This document shows, piece after piece, positions 56,466-62,871 of a stretch of 62,871 nucleotides of DNA; within the stretch, counting starts at the first letter, position 1; each line of letters starts with the position of its first letter. The stretch is from a virus. Taxonomy: Duplodnaviria > Caudoviricetes. A program made the translations under genes and the position numbers. The notes beneath the pieces were generated by a model that saw only the letters and a list, made by a program, of their open reading frames with translations, was not told the origin of the DNA and ran no database searches. The stretch is from IMG/VR virus record IMGVR_UViG_3300046012_000093, positions 1 to 62,871 of that record; one strand, 5' to 3'.

Positions 56466-57548
56466 TCAGGCGGCGGCTTCCTCACCTTCGCCTTCGGCTT
56501 GGTTGATGTCGGCTTGTTGAAGTTCAGCCGGAGTTTCCACGTCAGTCTCCGGTTCGGGAGTCGCCTCGGCCGTCGGGGCGTCCTGGACGTCAGGATGCGG
56601 GAGAGCCTTGCCGTCACGAGCGGCAATCTCATTCTCCCCGCGCTTCCTCGCCAGTTCCCGGGCGGCTTGCGCCTTGGCGGCGATAGTCGATTGTTCGGCC
56701 ATCAACGCCTTGACTTCGACGGGATTCGCCATAGCGAACATGAACGCCCTTCTCGCCCAATGGATGGCGTTCAGGAGGGTTTCCGGATCACCTTCGACGC
56801 CCTTGAACTGACGGGACTCCTCTCGGGAAGGGTTGCCGTTGTTCTTCATGGCGTTACCCATGATGGCGAGGGCTCCTCCGTTGCCGACTCCAAGGAGAGT
56901 CATCACGGCTTCACTGGAGAACGGCTTCCGGTTGTCGGTATTGTTACCGGGATTCGCCCTCTCGGCCTTCGCCCCGGCGAGGTACTCAGTCACCGGCTTT
57001 GCCGTGGTGAGCCCTTGCCACGCGTCATCCTTGTTCCAGCCCTCTTTCATGGTGAGCTTGGCGACGCCACCGGCCTTGACCCTGTCGGTCTCCACCTTGA
57101 ACGGAAGCTTCGCCTCACGGAGCCACGTCTTCAGGCCGTCCAGATGGTAGCCGGACGGAATCGACTGGAGCAGCCGAAGCATCAAGGACGTATCGCCGTA
57201 GAGCTTGGCGTGGACAGCCGATTGGACTGCGTTTTCCAGGATCATGGAGTCGAGCGTCTTACCCGTCGCCTTGATCTTGTCCTGGTGAGCCTTGACAAGC
57301 TTGGCATTGCCTTTCTTGTCCTCACCCCAAGGCTTGGTGGAGATTTTCTGCCCGTTGATGGTCAGCGTCTCGGGCAGAGTGAAAGCTTGGGGAGTCGCCG
57401 TGGCGACTTGCTGGCCCTCGGCTTGACCTTCCGGCTGGCCTTCGACGTTGGCGTCGATGACAGTAGCCGTACCTTCGATGGTCGAAGGATCATCGGCGGC
57501 CCCGGCGAGTTCCCTTGCCAGTTCAGATTGCGACTTTTGGCGTTCCAT
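56466..57548 (-). CDS. conserved-type early phage protein with acidic disordered termini
   Basis: HAKLYGDTSL..L...P.G....LKTW motif; GC-rich codons; SD GGAG before ATG 57548. Confidence 0.75.
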   Translation of the reverse strand: MERQKSQSELARELAGAADDPSTIEGTATVIDANVEGQPEGQAEGQQVATATPQAFTLPETLTINGQKISTKPWGEDKKGNAKLVKAHQDKIKATGKTLDSMILENAVQSAVHAKLYGDTSLMLRLLQSIPSGYHLDGLKTWLREAKLPFKVETDRVKAGGVAKLTMKEGWNKDDAWQGLTTAKPVTEYLAGAKAERANPGNNTDNRKPFSSEAVMTLLGVGNGGALAIMGNAMKNNGNPSREESRQFKGVEGDPETLLNAIHWARRAFMFAMANPVEVKALMAEQSTIAAKAQAARELARKRGENEIAARDGKALPHPDVQDAPTAEATPEPETDVETPAELQQADINQAEGEGEEAAA

Positions 57549-57598
57549 TTCAACTATCTCCGTTTTCATGGTGACACGGTATGTGTCATGCCTAAGCG

Positions 57599-57768
57599 AA
57601 TGCCTAGGGGAGACTAGATCAAGTTGGAGAATGTAACGGGGTTTTCAAACGCTATTCGCTCGGGGATTATGCCGACTAACGTTGCGGCTACCTTCTGAAT
57701 CTAACGTTTCCCGACGCCCACCTAGACACGTTCTGGACGTATAAATGATCTAGTCACCTCTAGGCATT
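57599..57768 (-). ncRNA. candidate ncRNA enclosed by 23-bp stem
   Basis: AATGCCTAG-A-GG-T-GACTAGATCA / TGATCTAGTC-T-CC-C-CTAGGCATT. Confidence 0.6.
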
Positions 57769-58142
57769 ACCTAGAGTGAGACTTGTTTACCCTTGGGCTT
57801 ACGCCTGTAGTAATACGAGTCTCTGGCCTGTTTTGCTGCACCCGCCTCTTATGGCGTCCTGATAGTGGCATCCGTGAGGCCATTTCAAGTTCTCACGGCT
57901 ATCAGCTTTGACAGCGTCCCTAGGATTCCGTCCTAGTAGGATTTACGGATTGTCTCACCATTTCGCATCACTGGCGCACCGTTTAAGGATTTGCCAGTGA
58001 CCTAAGGTAAGGTCCCACCACGATGGCAAGAGGGTAACACTTGAGCCCTTGCCCGGCCCCCCGATAGGAACGGCCTCAATTCCGTTCCCCTTACTCACCC
58101 CTCCTAAAGGGTGTATCTCAGACTGTCAACACCCCTTGAAAA

Positions 58143-58628
58143 TTAATCTTCAAAGGACGGAAGGTCGCGGCGACGGTTCCAAGTTGTCGGCCCGCGCGTC
58201 TTATCGTTAGGGTCCGACCGACCATCACGATAGAGCGTAGCCTTTCCAGCGTTGAAACCGGCTTGCGAAAACCTCTCGATTCCAGGGCGAGACCGTTCGG
58301 AACCGCTCGCCATTCCAGGGCCGTGAAAGCCCCTTGTGTGAGTGTTCCCTAACAGCCTCTCTTGCGTCACATAAGGTCGAATAGGCGCGAGAGTCAGTGC
58401 TTGCGAGTGGCGGACAGCCCCGGCGACGATTGCCGCCTTCATGGCCTCGCGTTCTCGCTTCCCGAGTCTCTGCGACTTGACCTTAGAGACCTTGCTGAGA
58501 GCATCGCCTAGGACGTCGCGCTTAGGGACAGGCCCCTTGCCTTGACGTTCAGCGGCGGATTTCCCGGCAAGGTTTACTAGCCCGATACGCCCGGTAGGGC
58601 GCTTAGCGACTTCGTCGCGTCTGGACAT
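58143..58628 (-). CDS. basic hypothetical protein
   Basis: SD AGGGG before ATG 58628; Arg/Lys-rich. Confidence 0.6.
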   Translation of the reverse strand: MSRRDEVAKRPTGRIGLVNLAGKSAAERQGKGPVPKRDVLGDALSKVSKVKSQRLGKREREAMKAAIVAGAVRHSQALTLAPIRPYVTQERLLGNTHTRGFHGPGMASGSERSRPGIERFSQAGFNAGKATLYRDGRSDPNDKTRGPTTWNRRRDLPSFED

Positions 58629-58773
58629 AGTTATCCCCTGAAAGGTTGACATGTTCACGGTTAGGCCGAGACGAGTCAGACCACCGGAGCTAAAAGTCCC
58701 GAGGGAGAGGCCCGTCGCGGGATACACCGCCTAGCTGGCATATGACGCCAGCAAACCCCTTATCGGCTCAGAC

Positions 58774-58955
58774 TGTGGCGGGAATGTGGCAAGAATGAGG
58801 TATTTTTGCCTTAATTCAGGGTCTCTCGCGTCATTATAATGAGTGGAACAGAAGTTGGCCTTTTGTTCGCTGTTTGTTCACCTTAGCACATGATTGTGGC
58901 GAGAATGAGGCAGAATTGTGGCAGAAATAAGGTCATATTGTGTCCAAATTATGTC
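58774..58955. repeat. two arrays of phased 11-bp direct repeats (TGTGGC-like)
   Basis: units at 58774/785/796 and 58895/906/917/928/939/950. Confidence 0.75.
58865..58879. promoter_or_regulatory. alphaproteobacterial LexA (SOS) box
   Basis: GTTC-GCTGTTT-GTTC (GTTC-N7-GTTC). Confidence 0.6.
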
Positions 58956-58966
58956 ATAGAGTAGAC

Positions 58967-58991
58967 AAAGAAAAAGCCCCACTAGGGGGCT
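58967..58991 (-). terminator. intrinsic terminator
   Basis: AGCCCC-CTAGT-GGGGCT-TTTTCTTT. Confidence 0.8.
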
Positions 58992-59079
58992 CGGCTGTCA
59001 GTCTAAGGAACGATCTATCATGAATGGTCTAGTAGAGACAAGAGAGAGGACAGTTTAGAGCCATGTCCAGGGCTTCCGT

Positions 59080-59286
59080 TTACTGTGAGACATGATGGCT
59101 GTAATCGAAGTCCGAGCTTAGAGACATCACTAGAGGTAGATGAACCTTGAGGAATTCGTGGATATGCTTACGAGTCCCTGTCCCTTCAATGACCGTCAAA
59201 GGGATAGGTTCGAACGGAAAGGATATCCACTCCTTTCCTACTTTGACGCGAATATCCGTGTAGATGATTGTCACAGTCTTAGACAT
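59080..59286 (-). CDS. early hypothetical protein
   Basis: 68 aa; coupled. Confidence 0.6.
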   Translation of the reverse strand: MSKTVTIIYTDIRVKVGKEWISFPFEPIPLTVIEGTGTRKHIHEFLKVHLPLVMSLSSDFDYSHHVSQ

Positions 59287-59494
59287 CGGCCCTGTCCTTT
59301 ACTTGCTCGTCAATCCAGAGTCTTGCGTGGATTATGTTGTCACCTCGCCAGACTAGTTCGGAAAGCTCACCTTCATAGACTATGACAGAGAGTCCGCCAT
59401 GTCCTGATAGGTGAGCCGAGATTTCATATCCCCTGTAGTCTTGCTGATAGCAGTTGATGACTTCAAGGGCTGAGTCGTAAGGCCGCCTCTTCAT
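59279..59494 (-). CDS. early hypothetical protein
   Basis: 71 aa; ATGA coupling. Confidence 0.6.
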   Translation of the reverse strand: MKRRPYDSALEVINCYQQDYRGYEISAHLSGHGGLSVIVYEGELSELVWRGDNIIHARLWIDEQVKDRADV

Positions 59495-59619
59495 GGCCTG
59501 TCCAGTATGAGACAGACGAGGTTGAAGAGTAAGTGTAGTGCAATCCTGATAATCGCATAGGCGACATACAAGATGACTACAGCCGCGACTAACAGAATCA
59601 TAGTCAAGATTAAGAACAT
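59491..59619 (-). CDS. 42-aa hydrophobic peptide
   Basis: SD AAGGAG; MFLILTMILLVAAVVILYV... Confidence 0.55.
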   Translation of the reverse strand: MFLILTMILLVAAVVILYVAYAIIRIALHLLFNLVCLILDRP

Positions 59620-59678
59620 ATCTTTCTCCTTTTACTTACTAGTTCGGAACACAAGGAAGGGGACTCTATTGTTTTAGA

Positions 59679-59852
59679 TTAGTGTCTGAACGTGTATTTC
59701 CACCATCCCCCGGTATCCTTACAGTAACCGAAGTGTAACAGTGCGCCTAGACAGACTAGGAGTTGTAAGTCTCCGGCTTTGTTACGCCAGAGACCGAATT
59801 CGATGAAGATGTCCGGTGAGAAAGTCTTAAAGGCGTGGATTATCTTAGTCAT
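59679..59852 (-). CDS. early hypothetical protein (stem-enclosed cassette 3)
   Basis: SD AAAGG before ATG 59852. Confidence 0.6.
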   Translation of the reverse strand: MTKIIHAFKTFSPDIFIEFGLWRNKAGDLQLLVCLGALLHFGYCKDTGGWWKYTFRH

Positions 59853-59936
59853 TGGGAGCCTTTCTATTGAAGAGAGAGTCCCCTTGCTAGTGTTCCGTCC
59901 CGGAATGCTGGAGTAATAGGGAGTCATGATAGATCG

Positions 59937-60128
59937 TTAGTTCAAGTCTTCTATTTCTGAGATTAGCCAGCCGTTGACAGTCAAGAATTGACAGGCGTCT
60001 GCGTCATAAGCTTTGAACGCATCGTCAAAGTCTGTGTCTGGCTTGACAAATAGGTGTAGGTCATAAGTAGAGATATAGACCATGACCTCTTTAGTGTAGC
60101 CTTGGAGTAGTGCTTTGTTGTCTGACAT
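59937..60128 (-). CDS. early acidic hypothetical protein (cassette 2)
   Basis: SD AAGGA; 63 aa. Confidence 0.65.
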   Translation of the reverse strand: MSDNKALLQGYTKEVMVYISTYDLHLFVKPDTDFDDAFKAYDADACQFLTVNGWLISEIEDLN

Positions 60129-60218
60129 AGGATGTCCTTTCTAGTTCTAGTCTAGGAAGACCCCCTATTGCTTCAACATTCCGGGGGGATGCGCTGGAGT
60201 AACGAGGCTGATAGGTGA

Positions 60219-60443
60219 TTAGTGACTTTCGGCGAAGTCTGAGACTTCACGTCCTGTAGGTTCGTGGTCGAATGTCTTACGATAGACCTTGATCTTGTAA
60301 TCTTCACGGTCGGCTTGGTCTCTCCAGCCTTCAATCTCGGCTGATACGTCAGTCTTGTCTGTAGAACCGAACGTCTCAGTCCAGAGGTATTCTTTCGACG
60401 GCCCGGACTCTTCGGCGAAGCATAGAGCGAGATAGTATTTCAT
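60219..60443 (-). CDS. early acidic hypothetical protein (cassette 1)
   Basis: SD AAGGA; 74 aa. Confidence 0.65.
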   Translation of the reverse strand: MKYYLALCFAEESGPSKEYLWTETFGSTDKTDVSAEIEGWRDQADREDYKIKVYRKTFDHEPTGREVSDFAESH

Positions 60444-61248
60444 GGGGAGTTTCCTTCTAGTCTCAGTGGCTCTCTAGAGCCTGTCTGAGCGTCTGACATA
60501 GAGAACAGCCCCGTTGCTTCAACGCATCCCTTGAGAGACCTAGAAGAGGCTTAGAACTGGCCTTTCAGCCATAGCTTCGCCCGAGGTCTCTCAGTAGCTT
60601 CACGATGAGAAAGAACGAAATCCTTCCGTTCACCTTGTCGTTAGTTCTGTCAACCCCTTTCCGTCAAGGAAGCTTTACTTTACATGACAGAGTCGATCAC
60701 GATTGAGTTACTTAACGTATGAGTTAACTAACCCCGGAAAGAACTGTCTCTCGATGTTAGCGACGTAACATGAAAGAGCTATTTAACCAACACGTTAACT
60801 GTTCACATGGGATGAAACGAGAGAGCATTCGCAGCTTGATTGAGCCTTGAAAGTGTATGGATACTCTCTCGCTACCTCAGATTCCCCAGCGAATACCGTC
60901 TAGAAGACACAGAGAGCAGGCTACAGAGGCTTTGACTGATTTCGGGTACTCTCCCCTATGAACAGACCAAACAACGTCAGTGAGCTTCTACTGAAGACTA
61001 CTCATAGTTAACAGTTGAGTCAACTATATCGAAGTCTAGACCGACCAAGGGGAAGTAATTCTTTACTTGGGATGACTTCAGTTTACTTGAGGGGGAGGGG
61101 AGGGGCCTTGGCAGGGGGGATTGACGGTGATATGCACCACCCTCTTGACCTATATAAAATTTCAGGAATAAAAAATAAGAAAATTCTATAAAAATACAGA
61201 AATATCCATAAAAATACACAAATATACACAAAATACCCGTCTTAGGGG

Positions 61249-61277
61249 TTGACTTCATCTCCGTTTTATGGTATAAT
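61249..61277 (+). promoter_or_regulatory. sigma70-type promoter with upstream phased A-tracts
   Basis: TTGACT-N17-TATAAT with TG extension; AAAATACA-like ~10-bp repeats at 61190-61236. Confidence 0.75.
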
Positions 61278-61706
61278 AGTGTTATACACGAGAGAGTGTT
61301 AAGACACCCTCGAATGACTAAGTCTACTGAAGACAATCATCTAATAAATACTTCAGTCTATTATTTAATAAATCACTTAGTCAATCTTAAGTCATTCATT
61401 TATAGATTTATTTAGACCTTAACTTCATCAACTAAGGTTTTTCTTCTCTCTGATGAACAAACAGGCGTACTATGCCTGTCTACGACCAGGCCCCTTAGGT
61501 ATAAGAGGTCCTTGGGTCGCCTCTAAGAGGTTCAGTCCTTTGGTCCTGACATTCTTCAAGAGACGTCTTCTCTTCCAGACATGGAAGAACGCCAACAGGA
61601 CGTGGTCTGTCCTCAGGGTCTCAGATTACAGTTCTTTCGGACAAGCTGTCTACGTCTCGACTCCTCTCTCTGTCTTTCTATTAATCTTTCCAAAGAAGTT
61701 CTCTTT

Positions 61707-61970
61707 ATGGTAGAATCAGCAGCCCGTCGAAAAGCCCAGTACAAGTACAACCAGAAGCCTGAACAAGTCAAGAAGCGTGAGGCCAGGAATAAGGCCCGCT
61801 ATCAGATGGAGAAGGCCGGAAAAGTCCATAAGGGTGACGGAAAGGACGTCGAACACATCGACGGCCATGCACTCAATAACAAGCCTTCGAACTGGCGAGT
61901 CGGGACTAAAGCACATAACAGGTCGTATGCAAGAACTTCCAAAGCTCACAAGAAGAATCCTTCCGACTAG
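61707..61970 (+). CDS. small HNH endonuclease
   Basis: GKDVEHIDG...NN...NWRV...HNRS. Confidence 0.75.
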   Translation: MVESAARRKAQYKYNQKPEQVKKREARNKARYQMEKAGKVHKGDGKDVEHIDGHALNNKPSNWRVGTKAHNRSYARTSKAHKKNPSD

Positions 61971-62310
61971 TCTTTTAATCCTTCTGTCTTTCTTTCTCTC
62001 TGGTTGTGCCCTAGTCATAGTATCGACGTCAGACGGAAGACCTTCCCTCCATCCTTATCTTCTTGGTGTCAGCGTCTCACGAGGTACTTCAGACGCCCTG
62101 TCAGTCAAGACGATAGGGATCGGACTCCTGAAGTCCTGTTACGACGTAGGTCTCGGTGTCTATTCTTCGAAGTGTGTCGTCATAGACGACGAGTCATGTA
62201 CAGCCATCATAGTAGACAAGGCTTCTGAGCCTGTCAAGAATATCCTCAGAAACATAGCGAGACAGGCAGAGTCAGACTGTCTTTCCAAAGAAATCAAGGA
62301 AACCAAATGA
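61927..62310 (+). CDS. putative lipoprotein
   Basis: RRILPTSLLILLSFF-LSG|C lipobox. Confidence 0.55.
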   Translation: MQELPKLTRRILPTSLLILLSFFLSGCALVIVSTSDGRPSLHPYLLGVSVSRGTSDALSVKTIGIGLLKSCYDVGLGVYSSKCVVIDDESCTAIIVDKASEPVKNILRNIARQAESDCLSKEIKETK

Positions 62311-62747
62311 TCTCTAAGTCAATTCTAATCCTTCTCTCTGGTCTATCTCTAGTCGGATGTACCTCAGTCATGAAGAATAACATCATCACTGGTAAGACTA
62401 CAGGTGGAGGTGTCGCTATTACGGGTGCTCCTACTCCTGGTATCCAGGCTGGTTATATCCAAGGTTCGTTCGCGTCTGTCCCTGCTCTCGACAGCAAGGG
62501 TCTCCCGATCTCGAACGAAGACCTCTGCGGTGTCAAGTCTGGTCTGAACGCCTTCTCGATCCAGAACGGCAACGCGACCTCAGCCTCGAACACGACTTCT
62601 GGTCCTGCGACTTCTATCGCGATCAACGAAGGTACGATCACCGGACGGGCAGCCGAACTAGCCGCTCTAGGTGGTGGCCAGGCTCCGACTCCTGCGGCTA
62701 TCGCCGCCGACAAGGACTGCACGAAGGCCGGTCCGACAGCTCCCTGA
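62307..62747 (+). CDS. putative lipoprotein
   Basis: MISKSILILLSGLS-LVG|C lipobox; SD AAGGA. Confidence 0.65.
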   Translation: MISKSILILLSGLSLVGCTSVMKNNIITGKTTGGGVAITGAPTPGIQAGYIQGSFASVPALDSKGLPISNEDLCGVKSGLNAFSIQNGNATSASNTTSGPATSIAINEGTITGRAAELAALGGGQAPTPAAIAADKDCTKAGPTAP

Positions 62748-62868
62748 TCCCTGATCCCCTGATGCATACGTTCGTCCTCATATTGACGATATTCACTTAC
62801 GGTGTCCAAGAAGAAGGACCCCAGGTACTGACTGACGTCTTCACGACTAAAGAAGCCTGTCTCTCTGA
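62746..62868 (+). repeat. 123-bp terminal direct repeat (copy 2)
   Basis: identical to 2-124. Confidence 0.95.
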
Positions 62869-62871
62869 TCT

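Noticed and set aside
56259-57617. 452-aa plus-strand ORF
   Set aside because: Antisense shadow of the GC-rich minus-strand gene; no SD or recognisable motifs
57599-57768. Retron msr-msd or DGR
   Set aside because: No reverse transcriptase motifs in any ORF
58100-58135. sigma70 promoter TTGACA on the minus strand
   Set aside because: Good -35 but poor -10 (TAGGAG) at 17 bp; not supportable without TSS data
58774-58955. CRISPR array
   Set aside because: 11-bp contiguous units without spacers; no cas genes
59645-60530. Integron attC cassettes or MITE inverted repeats
   Set aside because: No integrase/transposase, no GTTRRRY cores or target duplications; wobble-tolerant pairing points to RNA
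60712-60799. CtrA boxes
   Set aside because: Spacing is TTAA-N8-TTAA, one base longer than the TTAA-N7-TTAA consensus
62746-62871. Terminal repeat as biological DTR
   Set aside because: 123 bp cuts through an ORF and has mismatched end bases, as expected for assembler overlap
1-62871. Stop-codon reassignment
   Set aside because: Core genes are full length in code 11; no suppressor tRNA

Overview
The window is an apparently complete ~62.7-kb lytic podovirus genome; a 123-bp overlap (2-124 = 62746-62868) circularises it. There is no integrase and no RNA polymerase. The host is probably an alphaproteobacterium, since a GTTC-N7-GTTC LexA box sits at 58865. The plus arm (~61.7 kb through the join to 24.5 kb) holds HNH, lipoproteins, terminase, a P22-type portal/scaffold/coat/gp4/gp10/ejection/tailspike module and lysis genes. 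The minus arm (~60.5 kb to 24.5 kb) holds the early region, then a LUZ24/phiEco32-type amidoligase/ATP-grasp/GATase/GGCT/GNAT module, a Prs+Nampt pair (NARP1-type NAD reconstitution), a T7-like primase-helicase, PolA with an intein, SSB, nucleases, ThyX and a class II RNR split by a group I intron inside the catalytic Cys codon. The most novel signal is in the early region (54.8-60.5 kb). At least seven long-range stems share one geometry (helix, 1x1 mismatch, 2 bp, 1x1 mismatch, helix). Each loops out a whole small ORF or a structured non-coding RNA, suggesting an RNase III-released cassette array of panhandle mRNAs and ncRNAs. A recurrent covarying pseudoknot motif and AUC/AUU start codons were also seen. 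All protein calls rest on motif recognition by eye; no searches were run.
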